Shown: in pieces, positions 20,880 through 31,262 of the stretch
Layout: every line of letters starts with the position of its first letter
How positions within the stretch are numbered: the first letter of the stretch is position 1
IMG/VR virus record: IMGVR_UViG_3300035498_000371
Location: 64,001-128,000 of that record
DNA from: a virus
Taxonomy: Duplodnaviria; Caudoviricetes
Reading direction: 5' to 3' (one strand)
Length of the DNA: 64,000 bases
Notes under the pieces: model-generated
Database searches by the model: none
Told to the model about the DNA's origin: nothing
The model's input: only the letters and a program-made list of their open reading frames with translations
Position numbers and translations under genes: made by a program

Positions 20880-21680
20880 ATGGCTAAAGATGGTATAAGT
20901 TTTGATAAATACATTGATAACCCTTCTGGTGGAACCTCAGTAATAACTAACAGAAAGATGTATAAAGATTTATATACTTCAAAGTTTGACAAAATATTGC
21001 TGAGAGAAAATGGTAAAATAGATTTTAAAGTCTATAAGGATAATAAGAGCAAAGATGATTCATTCTATATCCATATTAAAGTTCCATCAGAGGTAATAGC
21101 GAAATTCTATTATGATGTAGTTATTCATCTTAGCACCGTTGAAACGACCAAAAAAGCTAGCACAAATCTAAGACAATATCAGGTCAAATTTTTCTCAAAT
21201 GACCCAGCATTCGTGTACACATTCGCACATGCCTTTAGCGAACATCATATCTTTGTAGAGGATCTTAAACCTCGTATGAGTAAAGTTGCGCTCAAATCAT
21301 TAGCGAAAACTAAGAATCCTACTAATCAAATCTTCTATGTAAAGTCATTATACTTTGCATATCTTACAATGGAAAAGTATAGCCTATTTAATAGAATAAA
21401 CCTTAATGGTCTGGCAGAACCATACGACAAGAAAATTCTATTGAATAATATCACAAACGCAGATATAAAGATTAAAGAGCGTCAAGATGCTCAAGAAAAA
21501 CTAGATAAGGAGGAAAGAGATAGAAAGCGTAAAGAAGCTGCAGAGAAAGATAGAAATAGAAATATTAATCATAAGACAAGCTCTAGCAAAATCTCAAAGA
21601 TTACAAATGTTTCTAAAACATCTAAAATCTCTAAGGTTTCAAATACTACCAGGAAAACGAAGATTGTAGGTAAGTCCTAA
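20880..21680 (+). CDS. Hypothetical protein with basic S/K-rich repetitive tail
   Basis: ORF between chaperonin and putative sigma-like gene; SKISKI/SKVS repeats. Confidence 0.7.
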   Translation: MAKDGISFDKYIDNPSGGTSVITNRKMYKDLYTSKFDKILLRENGKIDFKVYKDNKSKDDSFYIHIKVPSEVIAKFYYDVVIHLSTVETTKKASTNLRQYQVKFFSNDPAFVYTFAHAFSEHHIFVEDLKPRMSKVALKSLAKTKNPTNQIFYVKSLYFAYLTMEKYSLFNRINLNGLAEPYDKKILLNNITNADIKIKERQDAQEKLDKEERDRKRKEAAEKDRNRNINHKTSSSKISKITNVSKTSKISKVSNTTRKTKIVGKS

Positions 21681-21737
21681 AATCTATTTTCGTTGTATAT
21701 TATTATAAGGAAGAATAGTAAAAGGAGGCAGTTTATT

Positions 21738-24531
21738 ATGATAATGTGTCACGTAGTTGACAGGCAGAATATAATACCTGTCGATGAATGGGGTATGGAT
21801 AAGTATCCTATACTAGAGCAAGATGTAATATTTAAGAATATCAAAGGCGAGATAATTTTGCCAATAGCAGAATTCTTTGGTGCAGATACTGAGGAATCAA
21901 AGCAGTTGGATTATTTTGCTATGAACACTAAACGTTCATATAATTCTGATAAGACGAGAGAGCATATTTGCCAATATATGAATTACTTTGAAAAATTTTA
22001 TGACTACGATAAAGAATTATTAATGATTATCTATGACATAAAGTTTTCTATTGACTATATGAGAAACTATTCCGTAGACAATTTTATGGATGACATCAAT
22101 CGACTTATCATTAGAAACAGTTCCATTACTAGAAAAATAACCCACTTTGTTGACGATAACTATAATATGAAGTTATCCAACAATGGTGGCAGAACCCCTA
22201 ATCTTCAGTTCAATAATTCACACGCAAAGATATTATATGAGATATCTATGATGATGAATATGTACATACCGTTAGCTACGCACTATATGTATATGCATAT
22301 GGTAAAGCAGATAAAGCAATCTACAGACGTGCAGGACTTTATGTTGCAGCTATTTGATATGTGCATTGCGAAGTATGAGGAAGAACAGCAGATTTATATT
22401 TACGATAAGATTTATGAGACAGCATTGTCTGTTGTAAATAAGTCTAAGAATCCCGACAAAAAATTATGGGATAAGAACTTTATCAGAGGTAACAATCCGA
22501 CGACGCACACTAAAGATTCGGTAGTAGATGTAATCTTACAGATTATGCCGAAGTATACTTATGATAATAATATCATAAACTTCAATTACTTTTCTAATAG
22601 AAAGTCGTTACAGTATAAAATCACTGATATAGCATATGAGTTTTCATTTACACGTCTTTCATCATCTGAAAGAGATGCAGATCAGAACTCAGAGTACGAT
22701 CAAACTGGTCGCCATATAATGGTAACATTGTGTGGAAAAGCTTCTTAATTGCTGGGAAAGGCTAAAGCTCAGGAGCTCGTATATACGAGAATCGAAAGAT
22801 AGAAATAAAGTACTGAGATGGGTCATGGTGAAATAAAAGCTTTATATACAACGCTTCAGTATATAAAGTCCTAAAACCTGTATAATGTTTAATCAGCAGC
22901 GAAGTATTAATAATTATGATGATTGCATTTAGGAGGTGATTATATGATACTGCCTGAATGTAGATTGCAATATGAATACAGACGAAATATACCAATTGAA
23001 TTATTTCCTGAAATTAGAGATGTTTATATTGTAAGCAATTATGGATATATTTATAATTTAGAAACAGGAAATTATTTACCGCAAGCTACTTATTTTGATA
23101 ATAATGATTACGTTTCTGTGCATTTATCTAAGCGCAATGGTGGATTTTATAGCACGTCAATGCATAGAGTTATTTTAATGACTTTTAATTATATTGATGG
23201 TTGTGAAAATCTTGACGTTAATCATAAAGACGGAATAAAATATCATAATTGGCTTTGGAATCTTGAATGGACGACTCATAAAGAAAACATGAATCATGCA
23301 TTCTCAAATAATTTAATATCTTATGGCGAAGATAGAAATAATTCTGTATTAAATAACTATCAAATTCGTGAAATATGTAAGTTAATAGAAGCAGGATATT
23401 CGACTAAAGATATATGTGAAAAGCTAAAATATGATAATTGTAATTTGCGTAGAATAATATGTAATATTAAATCTGGTTTGAGTTGGAGCTTTATATCATC
23501 TGAATATGATTTCAGTAATGCATATAAAAATACTCCATTACTTAATAATGATCAAATACATTTCATTTGTTCATATTATCAGAATAATGGTAAAAACAGT
23601 ATAATAGCAAAAGATCTATTATCGCTTATTGGTATAGATATGAATCTAATGAACGATAAAGAAAAATTGTGCTATGAGACCTGTATATCAAGTATAAAAC
23701 ATAAGAAAAATTTTAAAGAAATTTGCAATCAGTATGATTATTAATAAACGTTCAACGACTATATATGTAGCGCCCAAGTGGGTCTGGCGCACTCAATAAG
23801 TCCAGGTAAGTCGAAATGGAAGCATATCCCTATGGGATAGTGATATAGTCTTCACTTATAGGTAACACCTATAGAAGTTCATAAGAGAACTGCGAGAACT
23901 AACGAATCTCGTGAAAATTTGGAAGTACGAAGCTAGGCTCAATAAAAGAGACGAGGCTCTGGCATTACAGAATAAAGTAGCAGCAGAACAGGCTGCTCTT
24001 AAGATAGAAGCCTTATATGGTCCATTCTCTGATGAAGAGGTAGAGCATTACAAGAAAGTGCTCACTCGTGATGGATCGCAAATAATAAATAAGCTAACCA
24101 ATCAGTTAGTAGGATATGCATTTTACAGAGAAATGGGTGATCCGATTACTTGGAAGAATATTCCTAGTTCTACTGATTATATTAAGCTTATGATTGCAGC
24201 GAAGAGAAAATACCTTGAGATGGGTATGGTGATATTGCCTCACATTATGTCATCCAAGGTAATAAGATTGTCATCAAGAAAGGTTGTTAGCAAAAATAAT
24301 GCTATCGAAATCAAGAATGCTGCTCTTTATGAAGAGTTTAGGATGAAATATAATAATCCGAAAATACAGCAAATTTGGTTTGAACTTCTCGGGACAATCA
24401 AATCTTCTTCGTTTGAAATAATTGATTGGGATAGTACAAATAACGCTCCATCGGCAATAGATGGAAAGCCACTTCCTATGGTAGATGATATGATTGACGA
24501 GGAAATGTTAGTCTTCGCTATCAGAATTTAA
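21738..24531 (+). CDS. Intron-split gene (exon1 21738-22700, exon2 23923-24531; about 523 aa), candidate sigma-like promoter-specificity subunit of non-virion RNAP (AR9 gp226/phiKZ gp68-like)
   Basis: In-frame join ...NSEYD|KYEARL...; early-type promoter; two genes from the chaperonin as AR9 gp226 is from gp228; function inferred from synteny and size only. Confidence 0.55.
22701..23922 (+). mobile_element. Group I intron with HNH endonuclease ORF
   Basis: P1 CGAU|C-AAACU-GGUCG with U.G at the splice site; P AATTGCTGGGAA, Q AATCAGCAG, R TTCAACGACTA, S GATATAGTC; terminal G at 23922. Confidence 0.9.
22944..23744 (+). CDS. Intron-encoded HNH homing endonuclease
   Basis: VSNYG...HRVILMTF...VNHKDGIKYHNWLWNLEWTTHKEN, followed by HTH-like repeats. 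Confidence 0.9.
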   Translation: MILPECRLQYEYRRNIPIELFPEIRDVYIVSNYGYIYNLETGNYLPQATYFDNNDYVSVHLSKRNGGFYSTSMHRVILMTFNYIDGCENLDVNHKDGIKYHNWLWNLEWTTHKENMNHAFSNNLISYGEDRNNSVLNNYQIREICKLIEAGYSTKDICEKLKYDNCNLRRIICNIKSGLSWSFISSEYDFSNAYKNTPLLNNDQIHFICSYYQNNGKNSIIAKDLLSLIGIDMNLMNDKEKLCYETCISSIKHKKNFKEICNQYDY

Positions 24532-24544
24532 GGGAGGGAATTGT

Positions 24545-24805
24545 ATGGAAAATTCAGAAGCAATGATTGCTGATAAATTACTTAGAATGCAGCTACATAA
24601 TGCTAGGAAAGCTAGGGGACTTAGCCAGCAAGATGTATCTAATCTGAGTGGTTTGTCAGTATCATGTATATCTAATATAGAATCGGGAGAGGATTCATCG
24701 CCAACTTTACGCAGTCTAATCAAGTATTGTTCTGCGCTAGGCATAGAGATGTATATTGGTATGGATACTGGAAAGTCTAAAGAAGACCAAACGGTAGCAA
24801 CATAG
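24545..24805 (+). CDS. XRE/Cro-family HTH protein
   Basis: RKARGLSQQDVSNLSGLSVSCISNIESG..SPTLRSL. Confidence 0.9.
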   Translation: MENSEAMIADKLLRMQLHNARKARGLSQQDVSNLSGLSVSCISNIESGEDSSPTLRSLIKYCSALGIEMYIGMDTGKSKEDQTVAT

Positions 24806-24945
24806 TTGTAAGTTGGCAAAACTTTTCTGATAATTGGTTATACAGATAATGTGGAGTGCTTAAATGCACTCCGCATTATTTACCAATTTTTATTTTTTAT
24901 TACACATCGAAATAATATATTATAATCATGAAAGGTGGTGAGATT

Positions 24946-26007
24946 ATGTACCATTTGCTTGGAAGAGATTTTATAAATATGATAAAAACAATATATCCAC
25001 AAGCTAAAACTGCAGCTGGAAGTACTGAAGTTATAGTAAGGTGCCCGTTTTGTGGAGATTCTAAAATACAATCTCATGCTCATATGTATATATCAGTTCC
25101 AGTAACTGTAAATGATCTATCGTTTTATGATTGTAAAAAATGCCCTGCTCATGGTGTAGTAGACGATGAATTCTTACGTAAGATTGGTTGTTTAGATACT
25201 AATGTTTTAGTAGCAATCTCTAAGCATAATTCTGATGTTATGAAATTACCAAAGTATAAGACTTTGAAAAGTATAGATATTTATCCATTGAAACAAACTG
25301 CTATAACTGATAATAAGTTTACTAGAATTAAGCTTGATTATATAAATAAGCGTATCGGTGCTAATTTCACTTTTGGGCATCTGATATCGTTGAAGATATT
25401 CTTAAATCTATATGATGTGGTTGGTCAGAATAGATTACAGCTTACAAGAGATCAAGAAATATGTAATCAGTTGAGTAACAGCTTCATTGGATTTATATCT
25501 TATGATAATTCATTTGCTACAATGAGAAGAGTGTTTAATAAGAACCTTATTAAGAGTATAGATAAAAGATATATCAATTATCATCTTGTAGAGAAGCTAG
25601 ATGATGGAAAGAATTTCTATGTTATCCCTACAAGTATAAACTTCTTAAATATGGAAAGAATAAAGATTCATATTACTGAAGGAGTATTTGATATATTATC
25701 TGTATTCTATAATATAAATGCTTGCAATACTAATCAGAATATTTATATTGCAAGTGGAGGAAAATCTTATAAGCAAGCGTTACAATTTGTATTGACTGAA
25801 TTTGGTATTATTAATTATGAGATTCATCTCTATCCAGATAATGATGTAGGCGATGATGAATTGAATAAATTGGTTTTATACAGTATTCAGATATTACCAA
25901 GTAATATTTATATTCATAGAAATATCATGGAAGGCGAAAAAGATTTCGGAGTTCCAATGGATAGAATAAAAGAATCTACAAGAATGATAGGTGATTTATA
26001 TGGATGA
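24946..26007 (+). CDS. DNA primase (Zn-ribbon plus TOPRIM)
   Basis: CPFCGD...CKKC; ITEGVFD; YPDND; KDFG. Confidence 0.8.
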   Translation: MYHLLGRDFINMIKTIYPQAKTAAGSTEVIVRCPFCGDSKIQSHAHMYISVPVTVNDLSFYDCKKCPAHGVVDDEFLRKIGCLDTNVLVAISKHNSDVMKLPKYKTLKSIDIYPLKQTAITDNKFTRIKLDYINKRIGANFTFGHLISLKIFLNLYDVVGQNRLQLTRDQEICNQLSNSFIGFISYDNSFATMRRVFNKNLIKSIDKRYINYHLVEKLDDGKNFYVIPTSINFLNMERIKIHITEGVFDILSVFYNINACNTNQNIYIASGGKSYKQALQFVLTEFGIINYEIHLYPDNDVGDDELNKLVLYSIQILPSNIYIHRNIMEGEKDFGVPMDRIKESTRMIGDLYG

Positions 26008-26371
26008 TAATATGAAAAAGAACCAAGAGTTCTATCAGATTATATCTAGAATAGATTTAGGTAACAAAACATTGCGTGATTATTTTGAAGAGTCCCACGA
26101 TCACTATTTTGGGGAGGCTGGAGCACCCACAGAATTAAGTGAGCGAAAAATTAAGCGAGACCTGGTCAACTCCATTCGACACAATAATTCTTTCGATTAT
26201 GACGCAGGAATACGTGAAGTTCATCGATTAGATAGAAAAAATCGTGCAGATAATTATAAGCTTTACAAGAATATAATTCTAGATAAAATCGCAACTAAAT
26301 ATCCTTTCTTATCTGCAGAATGTAGAAATCAGAAACTACGAGTCGACATGGTAAAGAAAGTAAGTAAATGA
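26000..26371 (+). CDS. Hypothetical protein
   Basis: Overlaps primase stop; followed by terminator hairpin. Confidence 0.7.
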   Translation: MDDNMKKNQEFYQIISRIDLGNKTLRDYFEESHDHYFGEAGAPTELSERKIKRDLVNSIRHNNSFDYDAGIREVHRLDRKNRADNYKLYKNIILDKIATKYPFLSAECRNQKLRVDMVKKVSK

Positions 26372-26458
26372 GGGTGATTTTATATCACCCTCTATAATTT
26401 TTTGTGATTGTATATAATAATTTTGTACTAGAAATATAAAATGGAGGTTTATAAATAC

Positions 26459-27094
26459 ATGGAAGAAAATAATAACAAATCAAGACAGATCTACAATTAC
26501 TTTACTAAATCATATAGGGAAAAGTTTGCTCACATTATTAATCATAATGATGTACGGCATACTTCATGTTATTGCTCAGAGTGTCATAATCATCTGGGAG
26601 ATTTTACTTACGAATCAACATATTTTGCTCATTTAGAGTCTAGAAATATTCCCACGGCAGTATTAGAAGACATAATGCCACCAGTCCCAGGGCCATATGT
26701 GTTTGAAGCAGAATGTAAGGTATGCGGTAAGACCACTACGCATTATACTGTAGATTATGGTTTAGGTCCAACTATACAAAAATTAAATAAATTGGGATTC
26801 GCAACAATATTCTGCTGTGAAGGGCATGATTATTCATTCAATACAGGATTTGATAGTCCGTATATAGCATTCATTAAAGATTATAGTGAGTATTTTAACA
26901 TGGATGATTTCTTACTTAGATATTGGACTATTGAATTCAATGAATATGATTATTCGCCATGTAAAATGATTCTTAGGATTTCCGATGAAGCACCGATGAG
27001 ATATGTAACCGACAATATATTTATTAAAGATCTTAATAAATATATTAATAAGGTATTAAGTAAGAAGGTTGGTGATAAAGAAAATGATGTTTGA
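26459..27094 (+). CDS. Hypothetical Zn-binding protein with TxxCCEGH motif
   Basis: CSEC, CKVC, LNKLGFATIFCCEGH...YIAF. Confidence 0.7.
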   Translation: MEENNNKSRQIYNYFTKSYREKFAHIINHNDVRHTSCYCSECHNHLGDFTYESTYFAHLESRNIPTAVLEDIMPPVPGPYVFEAECKVCGKTTTHYTVDYGLGPTIQKLNKLGFATIFCCEGHDYSFNTGFDSPYIAFIKDYSEYFNMDDFLLRYWTIEFNEYDYSPCKMILRISDEAPMRYVTDNIFIKDLNKYINKVLSKKVGDKENDV

Positions 27095-27608
27095 TATGTT
27101 TAGCGGGATGACTGCGCCATATAAAATTACAGCAGATAGAAGCAAGAGGCTTAAATTTAGGCTATATCTTGATACCAATTTTGTTATTATTAATGATAAT
27201 TATACGTGTTCAGCCACATTGTACGATAGAAACACTAATAAAATTATTGGTACAATTTATGATAGCTCAGATAAATACTCAAATAAGCATTTCAAGAGTT
27301 TTATGTATGAGCTTCTTGCAATAGAATCGGTTAATGTAGAATCTAAAGTAAGATTTGTACAAGCATTATTTATCTTAGATCCGTATTGCTATAGAAAAAC
27401 TAAATATGAATTATATGATTATTTGGTGAACGTCTTAAATGAATTATGCAGAGAAGCCATTTATACAGGGATTAATCCCTATGCCACATTTGATGAAGCA
27501 ATTATATTGAATAAAGCAGTAGAGGAATATTATAAGATGTCTAGGCATTGGCCTTGCGATGATTCAGATATGATGGATAATGATGCAATAGATCACAATT
27601 GTACATAA
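27084..27608 (+). CDS. Hypothetical protein
   Basis: ORF overlapping the previous stop. Confidence 0.65.
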   Translation: MMFDMFSGMTAPYKITADRSKRLKFRLYLDTNFVIINDNYTCSATLYDRNTNKIIGTIYDSSDKYSNKHFKSFMYELLAIESVNVESKVRFVQALFILDPYCYRKTKYELYDYLVNVLNELCREAIYTGINPYATFDEAIILNKAVEEYYKMSRHWPCDDSDMMDNDAIDHNCT

Positions 27609-27719
27609 ATTTTAGGGTGGTTTAATAGCCACCCTACCATATGTAATTCTACAATTTTTTATCGGTATATTATAGTCTTAGTAAGTAGTAGAAAAATTAA
27701 ATATGGGAGGTACGGTTTT

Positions 27720-28214
27720 ATGGCAGCAGTAGCACAATTAAAACAAGAACGTTTAAATGGTTGCATTATATGCAGGGAGAAGCAAGGTAATAGGTTTCAG
27801 AGAACCCAGTATAATTGCGGATATAGTATTATTAAAGATTCTGGAGTTATAATGGTGCGTGACGATGTAGAAAAGATTAACCGATATGAGTTATATGAGA
27901 GAAATATCGAATGTACTTACTTATTTATGATCGTCTATGGCGTAATAAGAAATTGCGCATTTAGCGCAGAAGAGAAACGTTGGTTCATTGAGGAGCTTGA
28001 TAAGATAGAGTTAAAAATTCCTGGATTTGTATCGGATTCAACAGGCGAATTATTAGCAGAAGCAATATCTACTATATTCGCTAAGAAGAATAGGATATCA
28101 ATAGAGGATTATAGGCTCTATAAATATTGCAAATCTTTGATCAGCGGGGTGTATAATAAACATCCACAGTACGACATTGAAGCAAAAATAAAAACTAAAG
28201 TGGAGGTATACTAA
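27720..28214 (+). CDS. Hypothetical early protein
   Basis: TATATTATA at 27666; GGGAGG SD. Confidence 0.7.
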   Translation: MAAVAQLKQERLNGCIICREKQGNRFQRTQYNCGYSIIKDSGVIMVRDDVEKINRYELYERNIECTYLFMIVYGVIRNCAFSAEEKRWFIEELDKIELKIPGFVSDSTGELLAEAISTIFAKKNRISIEDYRLYKYCKSLISGVYNKHPQYDIEAKIKTKVEVY

Positions 28215-28215
28215 A

Positions 28216-28482
28216 ATGAAATCAGTACTGGTAAACTGCGATGTCGATGAGGCTATCAATTTTATTTCCAAATTTATTCCAAATGAGAGAGACAGAATGG
28301 AAATTCTTGGAATACGTAATTACAGAATCCTGATGGGAGATATGTTTTACGATTTTGTGAATTCAAACACAAATAAGAATTTACATATGGATCGTCAGGA
28401 AAGTGTTAAGGGAGGCAAAGTAAGATTAATACTTCATACTCCTAATACCCATTACAGTTTCGTATGTGTTTGTGATCATTAG
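28216..28482 (+). CDS. Hypothetical protein
   Basis: GGAGG SD. Confidence 0.65.
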   Translation: MKSVLVNCDVDEAINFISKFIPNERDRMEILGIRNYRILMGDMFYDFVNSNTNKNLHMDRQESVKGGKVRLILHTPNTHYSFVCVCDH

Positions 28483-28597
28483 TACCATGCCGGAGTGGAG
28501 AAATCCACTCCGGTTATTTTATCGTATTATTTTTTCTCTATGCTGCTTATTTCGCAACATTTGAGTAAAATATGACTTCAGAAAGGAGGTAAGAATA

Positions 28598-29896
28598 GTG
28601 GCTGGAAGGTTTATAAACACGGATAGAGGTGGTGTATTAACACAGACTTCCATTACAAATAGTATAACTACTGCTGTAAAAAATATCCTTAATAATCCAT
28701 ATTATTTATATTCTGATAAGAGAGCATCAAAATGTACATATTTCAATATCAATACTACAATGACTACTCTAGATGAAGCAACTAGAGGAAACTATGGAGA
28801 AATATCTCCTGATAGTCCATTAAGATACAATAGAGTATATGATTTCTATATCTATGGAATATCAAAGATAGAACCTAATCTCGATGTCGGAGATTATGGT
28901 ATTGAAGGTGCTACTGTAACTGGAGATGCTATTATATTACCTTACACATTAATACCCTATCCAGGAGATTATTTTATCCTTGATCAGATAGATTCAGATA
29001 GACCATTAATGTTTAAGGTTACTGGAGTTGATCCTAGTTCATTAGATACTGGCGCTATAATGTATAAAGTTTCTTATGCTCTTGATTCATCTGATGGGAT
29101 GGAGAATATTGAACCTCAGGTTGTAAAGAATTTAAGATTCTTCATACAGAATATGGGAACAAATTTTGCTACATTCATGGAAGAAGACACATATGCTGAT
29201 GCCCAGAGTATGGAAGCTTATTCTACCATGCTTAAGGATTATTACATCTCATTATTCTATGATGCAAAAATCCAATCATTTTCTTATAATTATAGCAACA
29301 ATGGAACCATTGGAGGATCAATGCCCAATAAGTATGGCTATCATGAATTTATGGGGTTTAAAGTCTACGATCCTTACTTGATTGAATTCATGATTAGGAA
29401 TAAGATTATCAGTGGTTCTACAAATTATATATTTGTATCTCATCAGATGGTTATGCCTGTAACATTTCCTATAGATTATGATAGGACTTTCTTCTCTGCA
29501 TTAGAGAACCAAGATATTACTACTCATAAAGGAACCTATGTAGGAAACATGCTACGCTGTGATCAGGTTTTATCATTGCTCTATGCTTACCCGATAGATT
29601 ATTACTATATGGAATATAGGACTCTCGAAGCTGGATTATTTATGATTAATATTTTCGACGATCCAGAGTTTGCTGATATAATTAAAGCAAATGGCCAGAG
29701 ACCTAATGATCCAAACTGGGTGATGAAGAATATAATTATTAAATTCTTCAATAAGATAGATATAACTTTAGATGATCTTGCTGATTTATCTCATTTAGAT
29801 TATCTACAGACTAAAGAGCTATTTTATCTTATCCCAATGGTTATATTCTGTATAGATAAAACATTGGAAACAATGATGAGTAAAACATCTAGTTAA
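28598..29896 (+). CDS. Hypothetical late (probably virion structural) protein
   Basis: Late motif AACA-TTTGAG-TA (28556-28567); AAGGAGG SD; PYPGDYF motif. Confidence 0.7.
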   Translation: MAGRFINTDRGGVLTQTSITNSITTAVKNILNNPYYLYSDKRASKCTYFNINTTMTTLDEATRGNYGEISPDSPLRYNRVYDFYIYGISKIEPNLDVGDYGIEGATVTGDAIILPYTLIPYPGDYFILDQIDSDRPLMFKVTGVDPSSLDTGAIMYKVSYALDSSDGMENIEPQVVKNLRFFIQNMGTNFATFMEEDTYADAQSMEAYSTMLKDYYISLFYDAKIQSFSYNYSNNGTIGGSMPNKYGYHEFMGFKVYDPYLIEFMIRNKIISGSTNYIFVSHQMVMPVTFPIDYDRTFFSALENQDITTHKGTYVGNMLRCDQVLSLLYAYPIDYYYMEYRTLEAGLFMINIFDDPEFADIIKANGQRPNDPNWVMKNIIIKFFNKIDITLDDLADLSHLDYLQTKELFYLIPMVIFCIDKTLETMMSKTSS

Positions 29897-29910
29897 TGGA
29901 GGTGCAAAAT

Positions 29911-30123
29911 ATGATTATTTCTGAGAAGGCTAAAGTAAGAACGCCTATAGAAGATATGCTATTAAAAGAAATGGCAGACGAGGACACAATGGATACAGTA
30001 TTAGAATCGGATTATGCAGACGTGCTAGATGATGATTCTACTGATACTGGATTATTCGGCAATTCAAGCTCAGAAGATGATCTTGAAGACTTGCTGGGTG
30101 ATGACGATGATGACTTATTCTAA
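29911..30123 (+). CDS. Small acidic protein
   Basis: GGAGGT SD; D/E-rich. Confidence 0.7.
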   Translation: MIISEKAKVRTPIEDMLLKEMADEDTMDTVLESDYADVLDDDSTDTGLFGNSSSEDDLEDLLGDDDDDLF

Positions 30124-30138
30124 AAGGAGGTAAAATCC

Positions 30139-30399
30139 ATGGATGAATTATTGATGGAAGACGGAGCTGTTGGAGCATTCTTAGATTCTGAAGCTGATGA
30201 AATATCGGCTGCTGTTGATGATCTAATGTATGACAATGGTGATGATATCGATCAGATTGCAGAGATTACAGATGATGATGTAGAAAACTGCGACTATGAT
30301 CCAGAATCCGATTCCGAATATTATGAAGACGTAGACACTGATGATTATTCAGATGAGTTCGATGAAGATGACTATCTGGATGAAGATGATTTAATTTAA
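30139..30399 (+). CDS. Small highly acidic protein
   Basis: AAGGAGGT SD; D/E-rich. Confidence 0.75.
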   Translation: MDELLMEDGAVGAFLDSEADEISAAVDDLMYDNGDDIDQIAEITDDDVENCDYDPESDSEYYEDVDTDDYSDEFDEDDYLDEDDLI

Positions 30400-30430
30400 A
30401 TAAGATAAAATTTTAAGGAGGTAATTAAAA

Positions 30431-30994
30431 ATGAGTTCATATCCAAACGTAAAGAAGGTAAATATCTATCCCCAGAGACCAATTGTCTCTCTTAATCCGC
30501 CTATCAGGAGCACTGTACGTAGAGTGCTTAAATCTACTGATGAGATCAGAAAGTGCTTGATTGAGCGTGGTATTGTTGAAGAGGTATTAGACGATAACTC
30601 TGTTGTAAAGCTTGACTTTACAAATTATGATAAGGATAATCGTAAAGATCCTAAGGCTGCAGAAAAAGAAGCAGCAAAGAAAGCTGCTGAAGAAGCAGAG
30701 AAGGCTCGTAAGGAAGCTGAAGAAGCTGCTGCTAAGAAGGCTGCCGAGGAAGAAGCCGCTAGAAAAGCAGCAGAGGAAGAGGCAGCTCGTAAACTTGCTG
30801 AAGAGGAAGCAGCAAAGAAAGCCGCTGAAGAAGCTGCTGAAAAACAGGCCACAGAAGAATCAGTTAAGACTGCTGATATTGAGGACGATTCTAAGGTTCA
30901 GGCTAATAACAATAATAACCAGAACAATCATCAGAATCAGAACAATAATAACAAGTCTAATAACAACCAGCAGCAGAATAACAACAAGAAGTAA
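30431..30994 (+). CDS. Protein with (K/R)KAAEEEAA helical repeats and N/Q-rich tail
   Basis: AAGGAGG SD; repeats visible in translation. Confidence 0.75.
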   Translation: MSSYPNVKKVNIYPQRPIVSLNPPIRSTVRRVLKSTDEIRKCLIERGIVEEVLDDNSVVKLDFTNYDKDNRKDPKAAEKEAAKKAAEEAEKARKEAEEAAAKKAAEEEAARKAAEEEAARKLAEEEAAKKAAEEAAEKQATEESVKTADIEDDSKVQANNNNNQNNHQNQNNNNKSNNNQQQNNNKK

Positions 30995-31262
30995 TTCTGA
31001 GGAATTAAGATTATATATAATAAAAGTAAGAGAGAAGCGTAATTGCTTCTCTCGAATCTTTTGTTAGGAGGTGCTGTAATGGATGAAATAGGAATCGGTA
31101 GTGAAGAAGATGAACGTGAGTAAGGAAGGAGTATTAGAAAGAACTTATAAGAATAAAAATATTTAAGCAAAATTATTATTAATGGATATTTTTAATTTCT
31201 AAAAAAAGAATCCCGTTAGGCATAATAGCCTAACGGGAACATTCTTTGTATTTTATTTTTTA

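Noticed and set aside
23911-23922. GTG start making 23911..24531 an independent gene (likewise 31263..31628)
   Set aside because: No SD; these ORFs are second exons joined in frame by group I splicing
30900-30994. AAC/AAT-rich tract as possible DGR template repeat
   Set aside because: It is the in-frame N/Q tail of gene 30431..30994 and shares none of the invariant GC positions of the VR at 35080-35205
30612-31067. Alternative-frame and antisense ORFs over repetitive genes (also 4405-4717, 13053-13815, 40573-41079 and most 60-100 aa overlapping ORFs)
   Set aside because: Shadow ORFs from low-complexity or biased codons; no SD, promoter or motifs
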